Of a stretch of DNA of 14,683 nt, positions 1 through 8,362 are shown piece after piece. Below the pieces are notes generated by a model, which was not told where the DNA came from, did no database searches, and worked only from the letters and a program-made list of their open reading frames with translations. The first letter of the stretch is position 1. Each line of letters opens with the position of its first letter. The stretch is from Nitrososphaerota archaeon (GTDB taxonomy: Archaea > Thermoproteota > Nitrososphaeria > Nitrososphaerales > UBA57): contig JACAFS010000026.1 of assembly GCA_013378385.1 (NCBI GenBank), positions 1 to 14,683 of the forward strand, in the 5' to 3' direction. The position numbers and the translations under genes are program-made.

Positions 1-76
1 ATTTGAACCCATGTATATACGCTTTGCAGGCGCACGCGTAAACCGTTGCAGAATTGTATTTCTCCGCCAACTCAAC
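1..76 (-). tRNA. tRNA-Cys (anticodon GCA), 3' end cut off by the window edge; oversized D-loop suggests a ~16-nt non-canonical intron
   Basis: The minus strand reads GTTGAGT TG GCGG [24-nt loop] ACGC G TGCGC CTGCAAA GCGTA TATAC ATGGG TTCAAAT and then hits the window edge. The anticodon stem has 5 pairs (one G-U), the loop is CU-GCA-AA, and the T-stem and T-loop (GGG TTCAAAT) are canonical. The acceptor 3' strand lies outside the window, so the 5' boundary (76) is provisional. It is supported by a TATA-like box 31 nt upstream. Confidence 0.55.
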
Positions 77-100
77 GTAATGACTTTTGTATAAATTATG

Positions 101-107
101 ATATTTA
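101..107 (-). promoter_or_regulatory. TATA-box-like element (TAAATAT on the minus strand) for tRNA-Cys
   Basis: Its first T lies 31 nt upstream of the proposed tRNA 5' end at 76. The TTATAG element upstream of tRNA-Glu has the same spacing. Confidence 0.35.
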
Positions 108-120
108 GAAATTATCTGTT

Positions 121-2211
121 CTAAGCAAACAACAAGAACAATGGAATGAAGGTTAACGATATTGTATTGATTAATTTAACCAATACGTGTAATGCAGGTC
201 CTGCAGTATCTTTGAATGGATCTCCGAGTGTATCTCCTACTATTGCAGCTTTGTGTGCGTCAGATCCTTTTCCGCCAAATTTACCTGTTTCGATATTCTT
301 TTTTGCATTGTCCCATGCAGCGCCACCAGTATTCATCATGAAGGCAAGTAAAGTACCGCTGACAGTAGCGCTAAGTAAAAATGCTCCTACCGCAAATGGG
401 CCAAGAACTACACCAACAATTAATGGAACGACCACAGGTAATAATCCTGGAATAATCATTTCTTTCTGAGCTGCAATTGTACTAATATCTATGGCTTTAC
501 CATAATCGGGTGATTCTGTTCCTTTAAGAATTCCTGGTTTCTCTTTAAATTGACGTCTTACTTCAGCAACTACTTCAAACGCAGTCTTTCCAACAGCGCG
601 AATAGCAAAAGAAGCAAATGCATATGGGAGTAATCCTCCAATAAATAGGGCTATAATGATTTTATAATCAATGAGATTGATTATTATACTTTCGACAGTA
701 ACTATTTCATTTGAAAGATGAGTTAAATCAATTAAATATGCTTGGAATAGAATAAGAGCTGCTAAACCTGCAGAACTCAAAGCATAACCTTTAGTTAAGG
801 CCTTTGTCGTATTTCCTGCTGCGTCAAATAAATCAATTCTATCACGTAGTGATTTATCTGCTCCAGACATTTCGGCCATTCCTCCTGCATTATCTACAAT
901 TGGTCCAAAACCATCCATACTCAATATTACACCTGCAACAGAAAGCATTCCCATTGTTGCTACGGCAGTACCATAAATTCCTCCTAACTGTGGAGATATT
1001 TTACCTGCATGTTCTAATGCAAATAGTTCGCCAAAGTAAAATCCCCCTCCTAATGCAAATATAATTACCAATATTGGAAGAACCGTACTTTCTAAAGCAA
1101 CTGAAAATCCAGTAATAATATTAACGCCCGGTCCACTTTCTGATGCCTCAGAGATTGTATTTACAGGACGGTATTTACTAGCAGTATAATACAAAGTTAT
1201 TACAAATATCATTAAACTAGAGAAAACTCCAACTAATGAAGCATAAAACAAATTTATACTTTGTACAGTCTGAGTTATGAGGAAATATAAACCAATAATA
1301 ACCAAAATAGTAGTAACTATCATACCATTTCTCATTGGAATCATTGGATCGGTAAAGTTTTTAGATCGAACAAATGGTAATCCAATAACTGTAGCTATTA
1401 ATCCCAAGGCACAAGCCAATAAAGGCAATATTACAAATGCAGGGTTATCTAAAATATTAGCAACTACCACTCCTACAATCATAGCAGCAATATTTTCAGC
1501 AGTAATTGATTCAAATAAATCAGCTCCTCGTCCAGCGACATCTCCGACATTATCCCCTACATTATCTGCAATTACTGCAGGGTTACGTGGGTCATCTTCT
1601 GGAATTCCAGCTTCGACTTTTCCAACTAAATCGGCTCCTACGTCTGCAGCTTTGGTAAAAATTCCTCCGCCTAATTGAGCAAATAATGCAGCTAAACTAG
1701 ATCCAAATGCTAATCCAACGATTAATGAAATTTCCTGACCGTAAAGATAGAAAAGAGCGGAAACAGCTATAAGACTTAATCCGACATTGAATAAACCCAT
1801 TACTAGACCTCCTCGATACGCAATATCCAGCGGTAATTGAGTTCCATGTTTTCCAGCAGTAGCAGTACGAGCATTTGCCCTCGTAGCTACGTCCATTCCA
1901 ACATATCCTGCAAGTAAAGAAAAAGCAGCTCCAACTAAGAAGGAGAAACTGATTTTTGGAATTCCATCACGCGGATTATCAAATGCTATGAATAAAACAA
2001 TAGCTATAACAATGGCAATTATGGAAATAGTTTTGTATTGTCTGTACAAATATGCTTTAGAACCAGTCCTAATCGCATTGTAAATTTCAGTCATTTTTTC
2101 AGTGCCGATTGGATGTTTGTTAATTTGGAATGCAATGAATCCTGCAAAAGCAATTGATAAGAATCCTACTAAAGGCGCAATATAATCAATTAATGTCAAA
2201 GGGTCTGCCAT
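121..2211 (-). CDS. hppA: Membrane-bound proton-translocating inorganic pyrophosphatase (H+-PPase), K+-independent subtype signature
   Basis: 696-aa polytopic membrane protein with an ATG start. It carries the family motifs DNVGDNVGD, DNAGG, GDTLGDPFKDTAGPALH and GNTTKALTKG. Confidence 0.96.
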   Translation of the reverse strand: MADPLTLIDYIAPLVGFLSIAFAGFIAFQINKHPIGTEKMTEIYNAIRTGSKAYLYRQYKTISIIAIVIAIVLFIAFDNPRDGIPKISFSFLVGAAFSLLAGYVGMDVATRANARTATAGKHGTQLPLDIAYRGGLVMGLFNVGLSLIAVSALFYLYGQEISLIVGLAFGSSLAALFAQLGGGIFTKAADVGADLVGKVEAGIPEDDPRNPAVIADNVGDNVGDVAGRGADLFESITAENIAAMIVGVVVANILDNPAFVILPLLACALGLIATVIGLPFVRSKNFTDPMIPMRNGMIVTTILVIIGLYFLITQTVQSINLFYASLVGVFSSLMIFVITLYYTASKYRPVNTISEASESGPGVNIITGFSVALESTVLPILVIIFALGGGFYFGELFALEHAGKISPQLGGIYGTAVATMGMLSVAGVILSMDGFGPIVDNAGGMAEMSGADKSLRDRIDLFDAAGNTTKALTKGYALSSAGLAALILFQAYLIDLTHLSNEIVTVESIIINLIDYKIIIALFIGGLLPYAFASFAIRAVGKTAFEVVAEVRRQFKEKPGILKGTESPDYGKAIDISTIAAQKEMIIPGLLPVVVPLIVGVVLGPFAVGAFLLSATVSGTLLAFMMNTGGAAWDNAKKNIETGKFGGKGSDAHKAAIVGDTLGDPFKDTAGPALHVLVKLINTISLTFIPLFLLFA

Positions 2212-2257
2212 TTATGTTTCTAACCTAAATTAATTTCAATTGAGTTTTATTTAAAGT

Positions 2258-3193
2258 CTACTCATGAATCAAAGACTTGACTAAAAGTGGAAGAACAACA
2301 CTAGCTTCAGCATTGATTGTAACATGTTGAGCTAGATTCGATATTTTACCCCAAGATATTGCTTCTTTAGTTCTTGCGCCACTAAGACTGCCATCGTATT
2401 CATTCGCTGTAGTTATATATACTGCATAATCCAGGCCGCCATTAAATTGATTCCACCAAATAGTATGGTGTTTAGAGATTCCGCCACCGATAACTAATGC
2501 GCCGCTCTTTTGTGATTTGAATACATAGTCAGAAAGTAAATGTTGATCTTTTAATATATCTAGAGAAAAATCTTTGTGCTGTTCGCTGAACGACCAAATT
2601 TGACTGCCAACTGAACCGTCCATTATTCCCGGAATAATTATAGGAATATTATTTTTATTGGCCCAATATAATATTGAATCCTCGTTATCTATCATTTTAC
2701 CCATTTCTTTAATTATATCGGAGGGTGCAGGATTTTTTATACCTGATGAATATAGATTTTCAAGTAAATTAGTCATTTTCTCCTCAATGATTTCTCCGTA
2801 TGATGACTTGGGAATGAATATATTTCCTAATCTATGTATATCATGTTTATCAAGAATTGTATCGTCTGAATCAAAATTTCCTTTATAATAATCCTTGTAG
2901 GTTCTTGCTAAATCATGATCTAATGTCCCGCAGGTAGTAATTACAACGTCAAAATATTTTCTTTTAATTAATTCTTTTAATAAACCTCTAGTTCCAGTTG
3001 CAACAAGAGCTGCAGGAAATGACAGAAATCTAAGACATTGAGAATCTTGAATCATGTTCTTAATTATTTTAAATCCATCGTTTGTTAAACTTGCATTAAA
3101 TCCTCCTGATTCGCCCATTGCGTCAAGCATAGCAGCAAATGTATCAATTTTGTTTATGTCAATATCTTGAATTTTTTCTAATTTATCTATCAA
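2258..3193 (-). CDS. dys: Deoxyhypusine synthase (aIF5A hypusination)
   Basis: 311 aa with the GGGISKHH motif (catalytic Lys region) and the ATGTRGLL...VVITTCGTLDHDL NAD-binding region. The start codon is TTG at 3193, 2 nt after the guaB stop, so the exact start is uncertain. Confidence 0.88.
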   Translation of the reverse strand: MIDKLEKIQDIDINKIDTFAAMLDAMGESGGFNASLTNDGFKIIKNMIQDSQCLRFLSFPAALVATGTRGLLKELIKRKYFDVVITTCGTLDHDLARTYKDYYKGNFDSDDTILDKHDIHRLGNIFIPKSSYGEIIEEKMTNLLENLYSSGIKNPAPSDIIKEMGKMIDNEDSILYWANKNNIPIIIPGIMDGSVGSQIWSFSEQHKDFSLDILKDQHLLSDYVFKSQKSGALVIGGGISKHHTIWWNQFNGGLDYAVYITTANEYDGSLSGARTKEAISWGKISNLAQHVTINAEASVVLPLLVKSLIHE

Positions 3194-3195
3194 GT

Positions 3196-4650
3196 CTACT
3201 CAACTATATGAACATCGTGAGCGCCACTTTCTGCTTTACCAGCACCTGTTATTCTAATGAATTTACTATTATTTTGTAATTCAATAATATCTTTTGCATT
3301 ACAATAACTTAAACCAGATCTTAATCCGCCGACTAATTTACCAATAACTTCACTTGCTTGTCCTCGATATTGTACTAATGCCTCTACACCTTCAGGAACG
3401 TATTCAAGCATCTCTTGTTCGTCTATTGAATTAGTTTCTTTTATTCTTCTATCTACTGCAGCACCTAATGAAGCCATTCCACGAGTCATTTTATATCGTC
3501 CATTAGGTCTTGATACTATTACGCCAGGGCTTTCATCAGTACCTGCAAGCATACTACCAATCATGACGGTTGATGCGCCGGCAGCTAATGCTTTAGTTAT
3601 ATCTCCAGAAGTCCTAATTCCACCATCCGCAATGATTGGAATGTTATGTTCTTTTGCAACTGAAACACAATCTGAGATTGCAGTCAATTGAGGAACTCCA
3701 GCGCCTGTAACAATTCTTGTGATACAGATTGATCCAGAACCCACGCCTACTTTAACCGCATCTGCTCCAGATTCAATTAAATCCTTAGTGCCTTCTGCAG
3801 TAGCAACGTTTCCAACAATAATGTCGGCCTTTCCAATTTTGTCTTTAATTTTTGATATCATATTTATTGTATGGTTTGAATGACCGTGTGCAATATCTAT
3901 TACAATAGTATCTGCGCCAGCTTCAGTTAATTTTATCGCTCGATCTACATCTTCTTCCCTAACGCCAATTGCAGCTCCTACTCTCAATCTTCCTTTACCG
4001 TCTTTTGATGAAATTGGAAATTTATCCCTTTTGTAAATATCTTTACTAGTAATTAATCCAACAAGTTCGTCTGATGAATCAACTATGGGTAATTTTTCAA
4101 TCTTATTGTTTATGAAAATTGTTTTAGCATCGTCAAGACTTGTTCCTTCAGGAGCTGTTATCAAGTCTTTTGTCATTACTTCTTTTACCGATTTTTTATC
4201 ATCGTACTCGAAGAATAAATCTCGTTTAGTAATTATTCCCAGTAATTTATTTAAATCATCTTTTACAAGAATGCCTCCAATTTTATGTAAAGACATTAAT
4301 TCTTTTACTTGACCAACATTTCCATCTTGGCCAATTGTTACTGGTTGATCAATCATTATTCCTTCTGAACGTTTAACACTCAAAACTTCATTAATTTGTT
4401 CTTCAATTGTCATAAATCGATGAATTATTCCAATACCGCCTAAACTTGCTATTTTAATTGCCATATTTGATTCAGTAACAGTGTCCATATTTGCACTAAT
4501 AATTGGAATATTTAGACGTATATTCTTAGATAGATTAGATTGTAAATTAGTGTCTTTTCGCGAAGAAATTGTAGATCTTTGCGGAATTAATAGAACATCG
4601 TCAAAAGTATATCCTACTCTTAAGTCATTTTCAATATTGCTGCCAGTCAT
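3196..4650 (-). CDS. guaB: Inosine-5'-monophosphate dehydrogenase with CBS-pair insertion
   Basis: 484 aa with the catalytic loop [11 protein letters not shown] and the motifs [11 protein letters not shown] and GSMLAG. A CBS pair spans roughly residues 95-205. ATG start. Confidence 0.95.
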   Translation of the reverse strand: MTGSNIENDLRVGYTFDDVLLIPQRSTISSRKDTNLQSNLSKNIRLNIPIISANMDTVTESNMAIKIASLGGIGIIHRFMTIEEQINEVLSVKRSEGIMIDQPVTIGQDGNVGQVKELMSLHKIGGILVKDDLNKLLGIITKRDLFFEYDDKKSVKEVMTKDLITAPEGTSLDDAKTIFINNKIEKLPIVDSSDELVGLITSKDIYKRDKFPISSKDGKGRLRVGAAIGVREEDVDRAIKLTEAGADTIVIDIAHGHSNHTINMISKIKDKIGKADIIVGNVATAEGTKDLIESGADAVKVGVGSGSICITRIVTGAGVPQLTAISDCVSVAKEHNIPIIADGGIRTSGDITKALAAGASTVMIGSMLAGTDESPGVIVSRPNGRYKMTRGMASLGAAVDRRIKETNSIDEQEMLEYVPEGVEALVQYRGQASEVIGKLVGGLRSGLSYCNAKDIIELQNNSKFIRITGAGKAESGAHDVHIVE

Positions 4651-4675
4651 CCCAAGTCAATCAATAAGCACCAAG

Positions 4676-4682
4676 ATTTAAA
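4676..4682 (-). promoter_or_regulatory. TATA-box-like element (TTTAAAT on the minus strand) for guaB
   Basis: Its first T lies 32 nt upstream of the A of the guaB ATG (4650). This spacing implies a leaderless or near-leaderless mRNA. Confidence 0.4.
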
Positions 4683-4683
4683 C

Positions 4684-4690
4684 TTTTATC
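4684..4690 (+). promoter_or_regulatory. TATA-box-like element (TTTTATC) for the NAD(P)HX dehydratase gene
   Basis: Its first T lies 33 nt upstream of the ATG at 4717. It sits back-to-back with the guaB box in the 66-bp divergent intergenic region. Confidence 0.35.
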
Positions 4691-4716
4691 TCACCCTCTC
4701 CATAATTCAAATTAAG

Positions 4717-5565
4717 ATGATAATTGACGAACAATATGTTAAAAAGTTGATAATACCTAGAAGATCTTCTTCGCATAAAGGTGAAAATGGTACAATAGGT
4801 ATTGTTGGAGGCAGTAGGTTGTATCATGGGGCTCCAGTATTGTCTGCAATGGGAGCTCTAAGATCAGGTTCAGATTTAGCATACTTATTTGTGCCAGAAG
4901 TTATAGCTACTCCAATTCGTTCAATATCACCTGATCTAATAGTCTATCCATTACCTGATTCAAAAATTACTATGGGAGTCGCTAATAAGATACTAAATTT
5001 TAGAAGTAATATAACTACGTTTGTAATAGGGCCAGGAATGGTTAATCAAAAAATGAATGGCCTAATAAAATTAGTTTCAGGGTTAGAAAAGAAGAATATA
5101 AACATAATACTAGATGCAGGTGCAATAAATCAGGAATTAATTGATAATATAGATGGGAATAATGTTGTTGTTACAGCACATTTAGGAGAATTTAAAAAAT
5201 TAATTAATAAAGAATTGAATAATGAAAATGAAATTAAAAATGAATTATTAGATTATGCAAAAAATCGCAATTTAATAATTGTTGTTAAAGGAGAAACAGA
5301 TTACATAACAGATGGAAATGAATTATTTATTAATAAATCAGGAAATTCTTGCATGACAAAAGGAGGAACCGGAGATATATTGGCAGGAGTAATTGCTTCA
5401 CAATTATCTGTAGGGCAAAAGCCATTGAATGCAGCCATAATGGGAACTTATTTTATGGGAAAAACTGGTGAACTAGTTTATGAAAAATGGGGATTTCAAT
5501 TCATGAATACAGAATTATTAAGTGAATTGGGCAGTTATCTAAAGAAATTCAACAGCATACAATAA
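4717..5565 (+). CDS. nnrD: ADP-dependent NAD(P)H-hydrate dehydratase (YjeF C-terminal / carbohydrate-kinase-like domain only)
   Basis: 282 aa with HKGENGTIGIVGGS near the N-terminus and GGTGDILAG near the C-terminus. Both are typical of the NnrD/YjeF_C family. There is no N-terminal epimerase domain. Confidence 0.85.
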   Translation: MIIDEQYVKKLIIPRRSSSHKGENGTIGIVGGSRLYHGAPVLSAMGALRSGSDLAYLFVPEVIATPIRSISPDLIVYPLPDSKITMGVANKILNFRSNITTFVIGPGMVNQKMNGLIKLVSGLEKKNINIILDAGAINQELIDNIDGNNVVVTAHLGEFKKLINKELNNENEIKNELLDYAKNRNLIIVVKGETDYITDGNELFINKSGNSCMTKGGTGDILAGVIASQLSVGQKPLNAAIMGTYFMGKTGELVYEKWGFQFMNTELLSELGSYLKKFNSIQ

Positions 5566-5569
5566 ATAA

Positions 5570-5594
5570 AATGAGCTGTTAAAAACAGCTCATT
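5570..5594. terminator. Perfect 11-bp stem / 3-nt loop palindrome between convergent genes (candidate bidirectional terminator)
   Basis: AATGAGCTGTT-AAA-AACAGCTCATT. It is flanked by T-rich sequence in the downstream direction on both strands, and lies between the nnrD stop (5565) and the DUF378 stop (5606). Confidence 0.5.
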
Positions 5595-5605
5595 GTAGAT
5601 TCTTA

Positions 5606-5821
5606 TTATTTAGAAGCCATTGCAACGTCTATCAAGCTAATGATAGCGCTTAAACCAACTAATGTGTAAACTAATGTGCCTACAACACCAGCTGTAGCAT
5701 CGGCAATTATTGATACTAGATTGGTATCTAGTAGACCAACAAGACCCCAATTGAGGCCACCGATGACTAGTAAGACATGTGCAATTCGTCCTATAGGATC
5801 TGGAATTGGACTTCCTGCCAT
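5606..5821 (-). CDS. DUF378-family small membrane protein (start moved to the internal ATG)
   Basis: MAGSPIPDPIGRIAHVLLVIGGLNWGLVGLL... carries the GxLNWGLVG signature of DUF378 and has two TM helices. The 89-aa version (start 5875) would leave only 14 bp to aspS. The ATG at 5821 has a GGTTATATG box 32 nt upstream. Confidence 0.72.
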   Translation of the reverse strand: MAGSPIPDPIGRIAHVLLVIGGLNWGLVGLLDTNLVSIIADATAGVVGTLVYTLVGLSAIISLIDVAMASK

Positions 5822-5846
5822 TGTAACAAATCTTACTCGAAATACA

Positions 5847-5853
5847 CATATAA
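5847..5853 (-). promoter_or_regulatory. TATA-box-like element (GG-TTATATG on the minus strand) for the DUF378 gene
   Basis: Its first T lies 32 nt upstream of the ATG at 5821. The histone promoter has the same GGTTATAT core and the same spacing. Confidence 0.4.
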
Positions 5854-5889
5854 CCTTAATTTCAAGTTTGTGCATGGTGATAACAGATT

Positions 5890-7185
5890 ATGGTCAATAT
5901 TTACTTGGAGAATTTGGATGAGATTGACGAATCTTTCTATGGAAAAACTGTCAATGTATCCGGATGGATTGAAGATTCACGATCAATTGGTTCTTTGATG
6001 TTTCTAACATTAAGAAACACAACAGGTAAACTTCAATTAATTATTAAGAAAAATTTAGTGCCAGAAGAATTATGGAATCAGGTAGTGCATCTAACTAGAC
6101 AAAGTGTAGTAGACACAAATGGAACATTAGCATACAATGAGAAAAATAATATTGTTGAATTGATCATTAAGCAACTAACTATATTAAATTCTGCAGAACA
6201 TCCACTTCCATTAGATCCAACTGGAAGAGTAGATTCGGGACTGGATGTAATATTGGATGCAAGACCACTATCATTAAGAAAGCCCGAAATTCAATCAATA
6301 TTCAAATTAAGACATAATTCTTTGATGTATATTAGAGAATTCTTCATCAAAAATAATTTCATCGAAGTAAATACGCCAAAAATATTATCTCAGGGTGCCG
6401 AAGGAGGCGCTACATTATTCAAAACACAGTATTTTGATAAACCAGGATTTTTAGCGCAGAGTCCTCAATTATACAAGGAACAATTAATGCTGGCCTTCGA
6501 AAGAGTATATGAGATATCTCATTATTTTAGAGCTGAAAAATCTAATACAACAAGACATCTGAATGAATTTGTTAGCATAGATTTTGAATGGTCTTGTAAA
6601 AATAATAGTGAAACAATGGATTTGTGTGAAGATTTAGTTAAATATTTAATAAATAATTTAATTAAGAATAATTCAAAGGAATTAGGACTACTTAATTCAG
6701 ATTTGAACCATCATCTTGATGCTTTTGACAGAATAACTTATGAAGACGTAATAAATGACTTGAATAGTCTAGATAATAAGAAAAATTACGGGGATGATAT
6801 AACAGAACATGATTTAGTGATTTTATCGGCAAAGCATAAATCATTTTATTTTATTACGGATTGGCCAAGCAATATAAAGCCATTTTACATTTCAAGTTAT
6901 GAAGATTCAGAATTAAGCATGTCTTTTGATTTACAATTTTCAAATATTGAATTATCATCAGGAGGAGTTCGAATTCATGATGTGAATAAATTAAAGAGTA
7001 ATATTGAGAGATCAGGTTTAGATATAAAGAATTTTGAATCTCATTTACAAACATTCAAATGGGGAATGCCACCACATTCAGGATTAGGATTGGGATTTGA
7101 TAGATTAATCATGGTTCTAGCAAATAGAAAGAATATCAGAGAGGCAGTACTATATCCAAGGGATCAAGACAGGCTAGATCCATAG
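5890..7185 (+). CDS. aspS: Aspartyl-tRNA synthetase, archaeal/eukaryotic type (class IIb)
   Basis: 431 aa with an N-terminal OB anticodon-binding fold (VSGWIEDSRSIGSLMFLTLRN). Class II motifs are present: QSPQLYKE, FRAE (motif 2) and GLGLGFDRL (motif 3). Confidence 0.93.
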   Translation: MVNIYLENLDEIDESFYGKTVNVSGWIEDSRSIGSLMFLTLRNTTGKLQLIIKKNLVPEELWNQVVHLTRQSVVDTNGTLAYNEKNNIVELIIKQLTILNSAEHPLPLDPTGRVDSGLDVILDARPLSLRKPEIQSIFKLRHNSLMYIREFFIKNNFIEVNTPKILSQGAEGGATLFKTQYFDKPGFLAQSPQLYKEQLMLAFERVYEISHYFRAEKSNTTRHLNEFVSIDFEWSCKNNSETMDLCEDLVKYLINNLIKNNSKELGLLNSDLNHHLDAFDRITYEDVINDLNSLDNKKNYGDDITEHDLVILSAKHKSFYFITDWPSNIKPFYISSYEDSELSMSFDLQFSNIELSSGGVRIHDVNKLKSNIERSGLDIKNFESHLQTFKWGMPPHSGLGLGFDRLIMVLANRKNIREAVLYPRDQDRLDP

Positions 7186-7186
7186 A

Positions 7187-8362
7187 TTATAGTGCTCTAT
7201 AGTTATCAGACCAAGTAGAATATGCGTGTAGCATTTCTGATGAAACACTAGGTTTTCTCTTTTCCATTATTTCAAAGAAATGTTCTGAAGTAATGCATTC
7301 TGGTTGAACGTCTTCTGTAGGAGAACCTCTTTCAAATAATTTCGATACTACTTGTAATTGAACTGATTGGCAAATATCTCGTATATCACTGCCGGAATAA
7401 CCTTCAAGAGAGTTAGCAATGTCAGATAATCTAATAGATTCATCAATTTTGAGCGATGATGTATACATCTCCATCATTTCTACACGAGCGTCCAAACTAG
7501 GAAGATTTACACAGATACGTTTCTGGAATCTTCGTAAGAATGGCCAATCTAATGACCATGGTTTATTAGTAGCTCCGATAACATATAGCGCAAGATTCTT
7601 TCCCTTATCAGACATACTGTCCATTTCTTTCAAAAATTGATTACGTACTCGTGATTCACCGCCAGTATCAGAACTATTACCGCCTCTTCCGAACAAAGAA
7701 TCAACTTCGTCAATAAATATCACAACCGATACAACACCCTCTTCATCCAACATATGTTTTGCAGATTTGAATAATTTAGCGACGTTTTGTTCTGCTTCTC
7801 CCAACCATTTTGACATAATTGTAGATGCATCAACATTCATAAAATGTCCATCAATATCTGATGCAACTGCGGCAGCTAATAGTGTTTTTCCTGTTCCAGG
7901 TGGCCCATATAATAATATTCCACGTGGCCATCCCAAGGGAAATAAATCAGGTCGCATTGAAGGAAAGGTAATAGATTCTCTTAATGCTTTTTTTGCATCT
8001 TCATTGCCAACTATTTCGCCCCAACTTACATTGGGTTTTTCTTGAAGAATTACGTCATCATATGTTGATTTTACAATTTCAACAACTCCAGATTGTGAAT
8101 CTGAACGTTTATCTTGAGGAGAATCAGAAGTATTTTGTAACTGATCTATACGCTCTTGATATCTTTTTGCATGTTTAATATAAAGTTGAGTATGTGATTC
8201 ATTTGGATAAAGTTTTGTTAATTTAATTAATGCTTCGATAGATTTTTGATACATTTGGATTGCAGTTCCTCTAGAACCTTGCGAATCAAATTTTATTGCC
8301 TCGCGTGCATAAGTTTGTGCAGTGTTCTGTAATACTTCAGGAGCGGAACTCAAATCAATCAC
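7187..8362 (-). CDS. cdvC: CdvC / Vps4-like AAA+ ATPase with N-terminal MIT domain
   Basis: 391 aa with an N-terminal three-helix MIT-like region (AQTYAREAIKFD...MYQKSIEALIKL...HAKRYQERIDQL). It has Walker A GPPGTGKT, Walker B VIFIDEVD and a second region of homology. The start is GTG at 8362, overlapping the upstream stop as GTGA. An alternative TTG at 8353 follows an AGGTGAT SD-like sequence. Confidence 0.9.
   Translation of the reverse strand: MIDLSSAPEVLQNTAQTYAREAIKFDSQGSRGTAIQMYQKSIEALIKLTKLYPNESHTQLYIKHAKRYQERIDQLQNTSDSPQDKRSDSQSGVVEIVKSTYDDVILQEKPNVSWGEIVGNEDAKKALRESITFPSMRPDLFPLGWPRGILLYGPPGTGKTLLAAAVASDIDGHFMNVDASTIMSKWLGEAEQNVAKLFKSAKHMLDEEGVVSVVIFIDEVDSLFGRGGNSSDTGGESRVRNQFLKEMDSMSDKGKNLALYVIGATNKPWSLDWPFLRRFQKRICVNLPSLDARVEMMEMYTSSLKIDESIRLSDIANSLEGYSGSDIRDICQSVQLQVVSKLFERGSPTEDVQPECITSEHFFEIMEKRKPSVSSEMLHAYSTWSDNYRAL

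Noticed and set aside
146-1678. Three plus-strand ORFs (146..469, 804..1064, 1277..1678) inside the hppA locus
   Set aside because: They are antisense shadow ORFs within a strongly supported 696-aa H+-PPase gene. Their translations are low-complexity (Pro/Thr/Ser/Ile-rich) with no recognisable motifs.
2658-4681. Plus-strand ORFs 2658..2888, 4085..4312 and 4481..4681, antisense to dys and guaB
   Set aside because: They are fully embedded in well-supported minus-strand genes. They are short, carry no motifs, and their composition is typical of antisense frames in AT-rich DNA.
5637-5998. ORFs 5637..5849 (-), 5676..5921 (+) and 5777..5998 (+) overlapping the DUF378 gene and the aspS start
   Set aside because: They are alternative or antisense frames of the DUF378 and aspS loci. 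The DUF378 frame carries the family signature and aspS has clear class II motifs. The overlapping frames are Cys/Arg/Ser-rich nonsense.
6854-8178. ORFs 6854..7054 (-), 7419..7640 (+), 7767..8045 (+) and 7984..8178 (+)
   Set aside because: They are antisense to aspS or cdvC, both of which have unambiguous catalytic motifs in the annotated frames.
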